This document shows positions 50,096 to 62,665 of a stretch of 64,000 nt of DNA, piece by piece. Within the stretch, counting starts at the first letter, position 1. Each line of letters starts with the position of its first letter. Under the pieces are notes generated by a model. That model worked only from the letters and a program-made list of their open reading frames with translations, did not search any database and was not told the DNA's origin. A program made the position numbers and the translations under genes. Source of the stretch: Vicugna vicugna (lineage: Eukaryota); contig MU058815.1 of NCBI GenBank assembly GCA_013265495.1, positions 318,523 to 382,522 on the forward strand, in the 5' to 3' direction.

Positions 50096-51299
50096 GAGCA
50101 TCTGCCCATAGTTGTGTCATCCAAGCCGCGAAAGAGGCAGGGTCTGAGACCCAGATGCTCAATTCGGGCCCATTCACAGAAATTACAACTGCTTTAAAAG
50201 AACCTACAGGCGAAGTACCACTTCTTCGATGGAATCTCAGGGCTCCCTCTGGCTTAGAAGCTGCACAAGCCCTGAAAGAGAATCTCAAAACCTTCTTGAC
50301 ATCACGGTGGTGTGACTCCCTCTGGGGTCCCCAAATGGCTACAGTGCCCTTCCTCCCTCCCTCCTGCCCTCCCTTCCTTCTTTCCCTCCCTCCCTGGCAG
50401 GTTTTTTATCTGTCAATATTCTCTGAAAACAAAGACACAATCTGCACAATGCGAATGCCAGTACGAAACTCCTCCTTTTGCTTATAAACCGGCACCGAGC
50501 TGAGGGTCCTTCTAGGCCGGGACCTGCGGGCTGTCCCCCTGCCCTCCGTCTCGGTGACCTGTCTGCAGGAACTGGGCGCCAGCTCCGCTCTGCCTTCTGC
50601 TGTTTCTGCTGCTTTGCAACTAACCGCATGCGTTTCCAGTCCCTCTTCTGGCCAGAGAGACAGTTTTGCTTCACAGTTCTCTGAATCCCTTTGGATAAGC
50701 CACTGACCACCTCTCCATCCAGCCCCGGAAGGAACAGGCGGGGAAGATGAGGAAGGGGGGGAGGGGGGAGGGTATACAAGGGAGGAGCCAGGCCTGCCTC
50801 AGAGCTGTTTGCGGCTTGTACCAACGGGGTAGGTCCTGGGCCAAAACCAAGTCCTGCTGGCACTCAGCAGCATGATTCACCTTCAGCAACCCACGGGTGT
50901 GTGGCAACATCTCCTGGGCTTCTGGAGGCTGTGGGGCAGCGGGGGGGGGGGGGGGTGACGGTAAAGGGGGGGGATGGGTCTGAAAGCACCAGTGCCCACA
51001 GCCCAGGCCCCACTGGGACATCCAAGGGCCTAATGCACACCTTTAATGGAGAGGGAGGGACCTCACAAGGAATCAGCTTCAACAAGGTCCCGACCCAAAA
51101 GCAGTGTCTAAAGGAACGAGAGCCGTAAGTGACAATGAGTGCCTCTCTCAGACACATCCTTTGGGGCTGTTTGGCTAAAATTAAGATGCACTGAGAGGAG
51201 AAACATCAGCCAAGCTGTGCTGTTAATTCCTGGCAACAGTCAGCGGAGGCGGCAGCGGGGGTTCCCCCTTTGAAATGAACAACCGCAACAGAGCAGAAG

Positions 51300-51623
51300 G
51301 AGGTGACCCCGCCCACCACGCGAGGGGCCACGCCCACCACCCCGAGGTGACCCCGCCCAGCACGCGAGGGAGCCCCGCCCACCTCTGCGGGCCGAGCCGG
51401 TTCGTTTCCACCGGCCCTGCCGAGGCTGCCCCACGCCAGAACAAGGGGCCACGCCCACCACTCCGAGGTGACCCCGCCCAGCACGCGAGGGAGCCCCGCC
51501 CAGTGGTGACCCCGCCCACCACTCGAGGTGACCCCGCCCAGCACGCGAGGGAGCCCCGCCCACCACTGCGGGCCGAGCCGGTTCGTTTCCACCGGCCCTG
51601 CCGAGGCTGCCCCACGCCAGAAC
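51300..51623. repeat. GC-rich minisatellite (~22-bp unit) containing a 100-bp direct duplication
   Basis: Units gaggtgaccccgcccagcacgc / gagggagccccgcccacc; 51343-51442 vs 51524-51623 differ at one base. Confidence 0.9.
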
Positions 51624-52211
51624 CCGGTGCGGAGCACAGTGATCTCCCGAAGTTCGAGTGTCTCGGCACCAGTCTCCGGGAAAGTCCCACCGCTACTCTC
51701 TACTGCACAGGGCCTGGCGGTCTGACAGGTGTGGTTTCGCCTTCCGCTTAAGCAGATGTTCCACCAGGTATTACTTACCTGGGACACACGGTCACACGGG
51801 TCTCCGGGAGGAGCCGAAACAGCCAGCCAGGTTCGGAGCCCCCCCCTGCCTCGGCGGACGCCGGCCCCAGGCCCAGGACCGCTGTGTTCTTCACATCAGC
51901 CCGGGGGCTGCCCCCCTGGGAGGAGGAAGCTGTGACACGTGACATCCTGCAGCCCACAGACGGCTGCCACGTGGGTGAGTTCAGGGCATTAACACAAGGC
52001 GCCCGCTGCCGGGTTACTCCCGACAAAAGCCTGTGTGCTCCAGAATGGCTGCTGCGGTGCCCGGTGGCCTGGGTCACCGGGGTGGCCTGGAAAGCAGGGA
52101 CCACACTCTCTCTGCTCACAGCTCAGGCTTGGGAGGTGACGGAGGGCACGGCGGGGCCAGGATGTCCAGGAAGGTGGGAATCGCCTGACCAGTGCCGTTT
52201 GCAGTGCGGGT

Positions 52212-52409
52212 CACACACAGAGGGCAGACCACGTGAAGACGGAGAAGACGGCCGTCTGCAAGCCAAGCAGGGAGGCCTCTCAGAAGCGACCAGCCCTGCC
52301 ACGCTTTGATCTCTGACCCCAGCCTCCAGGGCTGCAAGAGGATAAACGTCTGTTGTTTAAGTCCCCTGCCCGCGGTGCTTTGGTCCAGCAGTCCTAGCAA
52401 AGGAGTACA
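52212..52409 (+). mobile_element. MaLR LTR 3' part (MLT1B-like)
   Basis: gaagacggccgtctgcaagccaagcagggaggcctc...gataaacgtctgttgtttaagtc...ctagcaaaggagtaca. Confidence 0.8.
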
Positions 52410-54533
52410 GCATCTCCTAAAAGGGGGAGGAGTGGCTCAGTGCTAGCAGGTGCCGTGCAGACGGGACCACCGCAGCTGCCGGGGTGGCACGCAGCCCCCG
52501 CAGGAGAGCCAAGAGCGGGCGGGCCCCCTCCCGCCGGGCAGCCCCTGCTCACTGCTGGCTTCCGCCCGCTGTCCCTCCCGTAACAATTTATAATCTGCTT
52601 TGAGCCATTACTCCGCGTGGAAAGAGGGTACTCGACGTAGAGGAAGAACACCTTCCCGGGGTCCTCTTTCCCTGGCTGCACAACATCAGAGCTGGTCCTC
52701 CACACCTGGCCACCTGTGTAGGCGAGGGAAACTCACGGGTACCTCCGAGGACAGACTCCACGCAGCTGTAAGACCCCACCCACGAGGACAAGAGCGTGGA
52801 TCCTTCGTTCGCTGAGCAAATCCCAAGTGTGACACTGCAGCTGCCCATGCGCAGTTTAAGTCCACGAGAAGCAACCTGAGGGCGTCCAAAGTCCTGCTAG
52901 ACGCAGAACCAGTCGCCCCCACTTTTCACATCACACCCATCAGTACCTTCTTAGGACGAGGACCAAGACAGTAAATGAACTCCGATGTCCCGTCAGGTAA
53001 TACATTTCTGAGGTCCACTTAGAATCCCAAAGTCAGGGTCATGATGACAACAGCATCGAAACTATTTGCATAGGGAAGTGTGAGTGACGCTTCCCGCAGG
53101 ATCCTGTACTCCGTTCTCACCAGCCTGTGAGACTTGAAGGCATGACCCGCAGGAAGCAAGCGGCAAAGCATGAGCAGGGCCCTCAAGCTGAAGCCTTGGG
53201 CGCTGGAATCTAGCAAACGTGAGGCTGTGCCACCTCGAGTTCAAGGAGAGAAGCAAGTATGACCTTCCCAAATGACTTGTTTGTCCAGAACTGTATCAGT
53301 GTGGAAGGCAGGGTGATGCCCTGAGATGCACGGAAGAGCCATCACAGTCTTGCAACTACCTGGACCATCTCCCTGGCGTGGGCGTGTCCGGCTGGGCGCA
53401 CACGGCTAAAGACAATGCTGGCAGCTTGCGGTTTGACACTCCTCTCCTCGCTTTCTTCTCCCAGTGAGGTAGCTCGTTTATTTTCTCCAAATAAATATCG
53501 CACACTCGTAAAGTAAGTAAATTCTGATGCCCTGTCTGGTCATCCATGTCTGTGATCCAATTGAAACAGCCAGATAAATCCAATAAATAAATCTAATAAT
53601 CCAAATAAAATGAATTTCTATGATAACATACATGCCTACTTATGTATTCTCTCTCTCCCCGATACATCTCGACTTCTCCTTGGACCGCATTTTCATTCTT
53701 GATAATCTGGTAAGCACTGCATAGCTGGGTGAGCATCCTTCCACTCTCTTTTCCAGAAGCATCAGATACTGACAGAGCTCCACCCCGCTGTTGCAGCAGC
53801 AGCTGATGGTCCGCGGTGTGAACGCACCAGGATTTGTGCGGCTCTTCCCTTGGAGCCGTGCATTCATTTTGTTTCACACGGCTGTTTTGCTGTTACAGTG
53901 AGGCTATAATGAACATCCCTGCACACTCATCCTTCTGACCTGGCAACTTAATAGTCAGCAGACTGTGAATGAAGGGGTTATCATCTCATGAGCGGGGAAC
54001 ACATAAAAAAACCCCACAAACTCGCAGACAGCGTCTCGGGGAAGGTGAGGACCGCCGGTGTCAATGCGGGTGTCTCGGGTCGCTCGGCCCTCCTCCCAGA
54101 AGTACCACGTGTGGGTTTGCATCCAGGACCAAGGAGCTGGGGAAGTTCAACCCAGCGCGGTGACCAACAGGAGAGACGCAGTCCCCTTCTGTTTTGCCTT
54201 CGGGGCCAAGGAGGGGCGACTGCGGGGACTCGGGAGGTGGGGCAGTGGCTTTGGTGTGGAATTCAAGGTGGACCAGGACACGCTGATCCGCTGCACCCAC
54301 ACAGCCCCAAGACCCTACAGAACCCCCTGCCCAGCGCTGCAGGGCCTTTAACCCCCTACCAGTCATCCCCCATGGGGCAGTCACCTGGGGAACGGTGGGA
54401 CTGCTGGCCCTGGGATGCCCTCTGGGGGCGCCTGGCCCCACTGGGTCTGGCTGGTGGTCTGCGTTCAGCCCCTGCGGAAAGCTGGCCGCTTCCTCCAGCC
54501 CTTCTAGACCTGGGGCTTCCCGGAGGAAGGGGC

Positions 54534-54973
54534 TGTGTTAATCATTCTTTTTTATTGTCTGCATTTCTGATATCTGGGGCCTTGCTGACCCTGGACGGAC
54601 TGCCCTCCCACCCCCATGCCCCGGGCTAGCCAATGCACAAACCAGCCGAGGCTCTCACACCGTCAACACCCACCCTCACCACCCAGGGCCGGGACCAGAC
54701 ACCTGGCACAGCCCCCACACCCTAAACCCGCTTACAGCCTGCTCACCCTGCCTCGCCCACTGCTGCCTGTGAAAACCACAATCAGAGCTCCTGCCCACAC
54801 TCCCGCTGCCTCCTGACCGGCCCTGGTGCTTCCCTGGGTGGCCCTGCCTGTCCCGACTCCTGACTCCAGGGATCCAGGAGGATAGAGACTTCCCTCCTCA
54901 CCACAGTCATTTCCCTGCCCCTGTGTCTACCAGACCCGCTTCAAAGAAACCCCAGGCACCACGTTTTGGAACA
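54534..54973 (+). mobile_element. MER74-like ERVL solo LTR with internal deletions
   Basis: tgtgttaatcatt...atctggggccttgctgaccctgga...gggctagccaat...gcctcctgaccggccctggtgcttccc...ttttggaaca; flanked by gggc on both sides. Confidence 0.8.
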
Positions 54974-55096
54974 GGGCTTGGGGCCAGGGGGTCCCCACAC
55001 CCTCAGGCACCTGCCTCCCTCCGACTCTGGACTGTGGTTTGGCCTGGCCTGGCATTCAGTTCACTCAGTGCCCATTTCTCAAGACAGTCCCTTCAG

Positions 55097-55099
<3 letters not shown>

Positions 55100-55169
<70 letters not shown>
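55100..55169. repeat. Compound (TG)n(GA)n microsatellite
   Basis: Direct reading. Confidence 0.95.
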
Positions 55170-55176
<7 letters not shown>

Positions 55177-55367
55177 CCATCCTTCATCCTCCGGGAAAAG
55201 GAGATGGGGAAGAGAATCGAGAGATTTAGCCAACAGCTGGCTGAGATCACCTGATCTCACCAGGTCCATCTTCCCAAACACGTAACCTCAATACAAACAT
55301 GCCCTCACGCCCCCGGGCTAGGTTGAGCATTCGGGGCATCAGGGGAGCCTTCAAAAGCTAATCCACT

Positions 55368-55700
55368 AACATAAAAAAAAAGAAAACAGAAGGCACTAAT
55401 GAACTCATCTACAAAACAGAAAGAGTCACAGACACGGTAAACCATCTCATGGTTACCAGTGGGAACGGGGGTGGGGGGGATAAATTGGGAGTTCAAGACT
55501 TTTAGATCCTAACTACTATATGTAAAATTGATAAACAACAAGGTTTTTCTGTCTAGCACGGATACTGAGTATCTTGTAGTCACCTAGAATGAAAAAGAAT
55601 ATGAACACGGATATACGTCTGTATAAGGGCGACTGAAACAGTACACCAGCAACAGTGTAACACTGTAAACTGACTAGACTTCTATTAAAAAAAAACAAAC
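55368..55700 (+). mobile_element. Short young L1 3' UTR
   Basis: aatgaactcatctacaaaacagaaagagtcacagac...ctagacttctattaaaaaaaaa; perfect TSD gctaatccact at 55357-55367 and 55701-55711. Confidence 0.92.
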
Positions 55701-58700
55701 GCTAATCCACTCATTCCTGGTGACTGTGAAGATCAACACAAATGTTACTTCCAAACATAAAGCAGGGTCGGCACCTCCGAGGGTCAGGCACACACGTGGG
55801 TGGCCTGTCACACGCGCGCACACACACGTGGGTGGCTGTCTCGCACCCTGGGGCCCTCCGGAACGGGCCTTGGCTTGGAGCCGGGCATGCATGACCTGGG
55901 CCGTTGGTGAGGAGAACACCCAGGAGTCCCGCCCACCCAAGGGACTCCCGGCCTCACCCGTCTCTGCCCGTTAAGCAATCTACTCAATTTTATAGGACTT
56001 CAGATTTTGGCCTCCTTGGCCCAAAAAATAGGAAGAGGGGGCCTTCACTCCACCCTTTCACCAAGAGAACTCCTGCCAAAGCCGGGCTGACGTAGAGACC
56101 AGCATCCCGCGCTCCCAGAGCAGCGAAACCTTAGGCTCGGTGCCCGGAGCGCGCTGGGGCCCCCAATTCACCCTTCAGTCCGCTTACCGTCCGGTTCGCC
56201 TTAGTCACGTGCCTCTGCGGCTGGCCTCCGCTTACTCCTTCAGGACTCGAGCAGCAAACCGATGCCGCTCCCCCACCCGCAGTGGCCGGTGGTGCCCAGA
56301 CCGGCCCTGCCAGGACCCTCGTTAACACGAGCCACCTATACGAATGTCCAAAGTTCACTTTGGGGGGCGGGAAAAAAACCCCCTGGCAGGTGCTGCCCCT
56401 GAAGATTAATTCTCAGCAAAGGAAACATAACAAAGCGGGGCTCCTGGCACCACGACAACATACACACAAACGGAACGCCGGCTCTCCCCAGCCGCCCCAC
56501 TCACACCCCTCGCTCTGCGAGGGCCTACAAACCACGGCTGTTCACGTTTCTTCATAACCTAAACTTTCCCTCGACAGAACTCCGACTTGTCTCAATGTAT
56601 TTATGCGCTCGGTAACGGACGGGGCTCGCTATTTACACCGGCTGTTTAAACAGTAACCAGACTGTTTAGGGCCGGCGCGTCTGGCTCGGGGTGGGTTCGC
56701 CGTCTGGGGAACACCACTCAGAACCCACATGCTTGCAGGAGCCAAATAAACGGGCAGCAGGGAAAGTATGACGCGAGTAAGGGGTGGCGGGGGGCTCTGT
56801 GAATTGTAAATAGGCCTCCATTGTGGGCCTGCTTTCTGGGGGAACCCCACAGCAGAGGGGTGTCAGAAAACATCCAACCACAGAAATCCAACTCGTCCCG
56901 GCCCCCGGAGCCCAGAGCAGCCTTCCAGAAGGTTCCGTGCGGCCCCATCCCCTAGGCTGCACCGTGCCACTCCGCTCAAACCCAGGGCCCACTCTGGAAA
57001 GTTCTCGGAATAGGCCTTTCTGACTCTCCCTTCACACAGACGTCCCATCATAACCACGCAGCTCTCAGGAGAGAGCGCGGAGGACCCAGGAAGGGGAGGC
57101 CTCCCCAGGCCGAAGTTAAGACAATGGATGTCCTCAGACAGCAGGGAATCCACTGGCAAGGGATCTGAGGACCTGCTGGGCACTGCCGGGGCGCAATGGT
57201 AATTCTGAATTGTGCTGCATTTTTCTCTCCAAAAAGAAAAGAAGTTGCAAAACAAGATGTTCTGTCAAGAAGAAAACAAACGTTCAAGGGGGAAAAAATA
57301 TCCAAGTAAAAGAAGCCTTGGCATCGTTCTAGTCGCGGAAGGCATCTTCCATCTCTGGAGGGCAACAGAACGGCTCGGTCAGCAACCCAGAGAACGGAGA
57401 GCCTCTAACGTGGCCCTGTGCACGCTCTGGTGACAAGAGGGGCACACCAGGCCTGCAGATACAACAGGGAGGCCGCCCGAGGGCCATGACATGACGGCCG
57501 CCCTAGGATGCTAGTCACCTTCTTGGGGTCTCCCCGGGAAGCTGCAGCGCTACTGAAAAACTGACTTCTGAAAATTAAAACAAAACCCGTACTTTGGACC
57601 ACATTTTTTTTTAAAGTTAATTTCAATTCCCCAGAGATTTAGCGTCTGTCAGTGCTCCTAATTCCTTCTCTGTAAGACAGAACAACAGGGTTCCTTCCTG
57701 CCTTTCAAGGATCTGAACGGGGGAGGGAGAGTAACTCCCAGGAAGACAGAGTTTACTCCTTAACACTCAGCTACAGCACGGCTGCAAGAGAAGAACCTCA
57801 GGCTTTGGCATTTACACCACAAAACAAAGAAAACTGAGTCCAAACATGAGCTCTGCTGGTTTCAAAACTGCCCCCCATCACCTGCTCAAAAAACAGGATG
57901 CAGAAAAATGATAAAGGTTCCAAGTCAAGATCACAGAATGTAAGCAACGTGCTTCTCTCGTGAGTCGGGAAGTTCTGTTGACATAACGGGTTGGAGAAAA
58001 AGTTCATGGTTATGTAGATTACGTTTCGAGAAGGAAATCCAATAATGTCAACGACCCTTTTCCACCATAAATGATACGCATTACATTCTCAAATGATCTA
58101 CGGCTTCCAACATGCAGGATTACAGATTCACAGCATGTATAGAGTGATTTTTCTCTGATGAGCAGTTAGGACCGCGCGGCATGGCTCCCACTCGGTAGCG
58201 AAGAAACCACAGGCATTTTCATTCATAATAAAAGTTATCACATGGTTTGAAAAATAAACTTGAAGGCAATTAGAATCCATGGGTCAGAAAAGGTGCTTTA
58301 AAGAGAACATTAAATATTTACAGGTAAAATGAGTGCATTTTGCTCAAGACTGAGGCATTAAATCAAGCTCCTCTTGCCTTTGACAGGGTCACAGAGAATT
58401 ACAGGATTTTCACTAATCCTCAAATAAACAGTGTAAATACTGTTCTTAGCTCAGAAATTGCCCGCTGGCGATCGAGGGGTATTCCTGACGGAAAATGTGA
58501 CAGCATCTCAACTGTCAGCCTTCAACAGACTTGACGGTCTTTGCGTAAATTCTCTGCAAACCAAAACTATTTGATGGGATGCCAGAGAAATTTGGAAAAA
58601 AGACCACTTTGCAGTGCTGAGTAGGTCTGGAGGCCCTTTTTAATTGATTAGGAGGAAATTACCAACTCCCGAGGCGACACCCAGATGTCTGGCAGATAGG

Positions 58701-58999
58701 TAAGTTTCAAAAACCCAACAACCACAACACTGCGAAGGCAACAACCAGCAACGGGGGGAGGGCTGCCAAGGCCACTCTCTGCCACTGACGAGGACAGCCT
58801 TGCAGAACTCCCAGCTTCCCTCTCTCGGAAAACCCTCCTCCATAAACACAAAACAGCCCCCCTCGGATCCAGCAGCTCCAGGCAAACAGCAGTCACCATC
58901 TTGCGCCGCCCTCCCCTAACTCCTGGCGGTCAGCTTGGTCAGGAGGCAGCTTGGCCCCCAGCACAGATCCCAAACCAGATCCTTCTCCACACACCGTGA

Positions 59000-59460
59000 C
59001 CTACCACCCGTCTGCACGCAACCAGAGGGGTCCCTGCCAAAGGTAAACTCCATCATGTCACTTCATCGCTTCAGATCCCCCAAGGAGGCACCCCTCCCAC
59101 TTCAGCTGAAGCCCCAGATCCTCACCACCCCCTGCAAAGGCCAGTCCTCACCTGGCCAGGCCTGGACGCCTCCTTCCAGAGGAGCCACCTGGCCTTCCTG
59201 CTGGTCCTGGTCCACCCAAGCCCTCTCCTGCCCTAAGACGTGGACGCAGGTTCTGTCAGCCTGGCTTCCACGCAGAAGCCCCTTCTCGGGCAGGCCCTCT
59301 GTGCCCACCTCCCCAGTCTTCCCCCGGCTCCCACCCCCCACCACTCCGCCTCACCCCCTCGTGTTACTGTCTTCACAGCTGTTACCACCACGCGCGATCC
59401 CTCTGTTTGCTTTTGAGCTGTTTACCGTCTCGCCGCCCCTCCAGCACCGGTGGGTTCTGT
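59000..59460. mobile_element. Degenerate L2 3' region
   Basis: gtaaactccatcatgtcact...ctgaagccccagatcctcacc...cagaagccccttctc motifs. Confidence 0.4.
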
Positions 59461-61346
59461 GTGTTTCGAGGGAAAGGACAGGACGACCCACAGAGGATTT
59501 GAACATGAAATAAGCAAAGAAGTGCACCAGAGAGGAGGGCGCTCCTTTACCGCTTGTTCCTGGTTTGGGGCCCAGCTTGGAAAAGACAAGACATCTATAA
59601 ATGGGATTTGAGAATATTTAAATACTTAGAGCCATTCACTGGCAAACTGTACTGTTTTCAGCGGATGTCACCTGAGCTGTCCTGCAAAGGTGACAAACTG
59701 ACCAGCGATGTTTTGGGATTACCTGGAAGCCACTGTCATTTCTGAAGGAGAGGTACAAAATTCCCGGGGAGGGGGAGCCCCACGGTTCTGCCTGCCTTCC
59801 GGGCAATTCCCGCCGTCAAGCAGTGGGGAGCGCGGCCACCCCCACTTCAAACAGGACGAGCAGCACATCCCAGGAACTCGGGGCCGGTGAGGCTCCTGGC
59901 CTCAGCCTTGGCCAACTTCACAACTGAGGTGGAGTAGAGGGGGCGATGTTGGACCCAGCAGTGGAGGCAGACCAAGGTGGGTTCATTCCCCCGCCTCCCG
60001 AGGTTCCATCCAGGACAGTGAGCATCGCGAGATCGTGGGGGCCGTCCGCAGGGCCACGCCAGCCCTATGGCTAACTGGTGAGATCCCGTGGTCACGGGAA
60101 ATGAGCGGAGCCACACAAAGACCAGCGTAACCGTGGCCTCGGGGCACGCGGACCCATCGGAGAGGAGACTGCTCCACAAGAAAGGGGCTCGAGGCCTGGC
60201 ATCTGCCAGCCCACCTTTCCACACCTGGCAGGGGCCAGCCCAGCCCCAAGAGGGGCCTCCCTTGGTCCCCCGGGTCCAGGCGCTGACATCCAGAGATGCA
60301 GCACCCTGGTCTCTCCTCTGGATCTGGCGGTCCTGTGACCGTCCTGGCCAGCAGAGGAGGCCCAGTCTGGTCTCCATGGGAACGGAGGAAAAGTCAAGGC
60401 CACTTTTAACTACCACGCTGAAGATTTACTTAGGGAGTAAAAGCGGAAAGAAACCACAAGCCCAGCGGGCCGTTAATGGAGTGGGGGGAGAGAAAGCAGG
60501 GGGAGGGGAGAGGGGCCAGCGAGGCCCTTTCAGCGTCTCCAGCTTTTGTTTATAGCTGTTCCAGCCGATCTTAAAATTATCAGGTGGGGGAGAGGGAGGC
60601 TGGGCGCGCGGGTCCGCGGTGCAATTTATGGAGCATTTCCTTTTCTCTGGGGCCAGAGCTGTGATCACATGAGCCTTTGTTTTCCTACACTCCATGTTTG
60701 TTTTTGTAGTTTCTGCCAAACTAAATCAGTTCAGCTTGTGGCAACCTTTAAAGAGTCATGACTCGCTTAAGCAGTCTCAAAGTTTGACTTCTTTCCAGGA
60801 ACGGCGACCAGCATTTGTAAAGGTTTCACATGCCCGGTGATCAAATCCTCTAATTACTCAAATCTGTGTCACGTAACTATAAATTAGGGCCTTTTAAGAT
60901 GACAGATCTCTGTTCTTTGATATGCACGGCTAAATGTCTTTCTTTCATTCAGATCAAGCAGAAACACTCAACTTTTCCTAACTGTACTCCACATGCCCTG
61001 GCCTCTCTCATAATGCCTTTAACTGGAACAAAAGGCCACACAGCCCACGAGCCCCCTTCCTCGACTCCACCGCAGCCATGCACCCCCAACGTGGCGTTGC
61101 CAGCTGGGCCACCCCACCTGCCTGGGCACTGGTGGCGCTCAAAGCCAGACTCCTTCCTAACAGAGCTCTCTGGGGCAGGAGGAGGGAGAATCTGTTACAA
61201 AGGAAGCTCCCGTGGCTTCCTGTAGAAGGATCTGGAACAACTGCCTACGCTGGTTAGAGATAAACTTAACCCTAATTTATGCAGGAGGAAAAAGGAAGAA
61301 CGGGGCAGAACTTAGGGGCACTTAGCAACTTGCCCCAGTGGACTCG

Positions 61347-61709
61347 CACTAGGGTCAGAATGCCTCTGTCCCATCGAAATCCATGTGCTGAAACCTAACC
61401 CTCCAAGTGCCGGTCTTAGGAGGTGGGGCCTTTGGGGAGGTGCTTAGGTCCTGAGGGTGGGGCCCCCCAAAGGCATTAGTGCCCTTAGAAAAGAGATCCC
61501 TACAGAGCTCCCTGGTCCCTCCCACCCCGCAAGGGTGCAGCCAGAAATCAGCAGTCTGCGACCTGGAAGAGGGTCCTCATCAGAACCCAACCGCGCCAGC
61601 ACCCTGGTCTCAGACTCCCAGCTCCCAGAAATGTGAGAAGTAAATGCCCGCTGTTTATAAGCACCCCCATCTGCAGGGTCTCACTACAGGAGGCGAACGG
61701 ACCGGGACA
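61347..61709 (+). mobile_element. MaLR solo LTR (MLT1A0-like)
   Basis: atccatgtgctgaaacctaacc...ggaggtggggcctttgggg...ctcccagaaatgtgagaagtaaatgcccgctgtttataagc. Confidence 0.85.
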
Positions 61710-62234
61710 GCTTAGAAACACAAAAATCCAACCGAAGTGGCGACTGCCCTGCCCGGAGCTCCAGGAGAACTTGATCTTGTTTGCAGTAGATGCACCAACT
61801 CAATGCAAGTCAACTCCAGCAAACTCTGGCTTGCCGACCCTGGATGGGGCCCCTACCTGGGACCAGCGGGACATCCTGTCCTCTAGGATGGAAACAGGAC
61901 CTCTAGGCCTACAGAATCTCCTGTCTGCCTCTCCTTCCTGCCCTTCTCTGTGCTGACATCATTCATCTCCGTTCTTCAAGGATGGTGCTGCTCTCTTTCT
62001 GCTCCTTGAAGGAAAAAACAGACTCCCACTGCTCCCACACCTTTGTGCGAGCACATGCTGCAGTAATCACCACCCCCCTTCCCTGCCTCAACCCCAGCAA
62101 GGAGCCTGGTGGTCTGGCTCCGGGGAAATGCCTGCCGCTGGGCAATCAACCAGGCCAGGGGGCGGAGGGGTGGGGCGTGCCTGGGGGAGGCGTCAGCCAG
62201 CTGCTGCCCTGCTCCTGCAGGGGTGGGTGTGGGG

Positions 62235-62256
62235 NNNNNNNNNNNNNNNNNNNNNN
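62235..62256. other. Assembly gap (22 N) inside a G-run-rich tract
   Basis: Direct reading. Confidence 1.
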
Positions 62257-62515
62257 GCCGGGGGCTGGGGGGCTGGGGAGGCGAGGAGGACCCAGGGCTT
62301 ACTTCCCAGATGAAGTATGGTTTATGCCTTTATCGCAGCAAGAATTTAAAAAGCACAGAACAGAACAATTACTGAAGCCTCAGTCACTGTCCATCTTCTC
62401 ACAAAGCATCTGATTCCTTCACCCACCGGGCATCTCACAGGGTCATCAATACACACAGAACAGCCATGCCTCCCGTCCTCTGCCCAGAGAGGCCCCGAGG
62501 TGGTGCGCAGTGAAG

Positions 62516-62665
62516 TCTGTGTGTCTGTCTGTGTGTGTGTCTGAGTGTCTATATGTATATGCCCCCTGTGTGTCTGTGTTTGTGTGCACGTCCATGTTTG
62601 TATATGTGCATACGTATGTCTGTGTTGACTGCCTGTGTGTGTGTCTCTGTGTGCCTGTGTTTGTG
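62516..62665. repeat. Degenerate (TG)n-rich simple repeat
   Basis: Direct reading. Confidence 0.8.

Noticed and set aside
51300..51623. Repeat-spacer-like pattern suggesting a CRISPR array
   Set aside because: Eukaryotic intron; units are contiguous or duplicated without unique spacers; no cas genes
52420..52455. gggggaggagtggctcagtg resembling a SINE/tRNA 5' end
   Set aside because: Similarity ends after about 20 nt; no B box or tail
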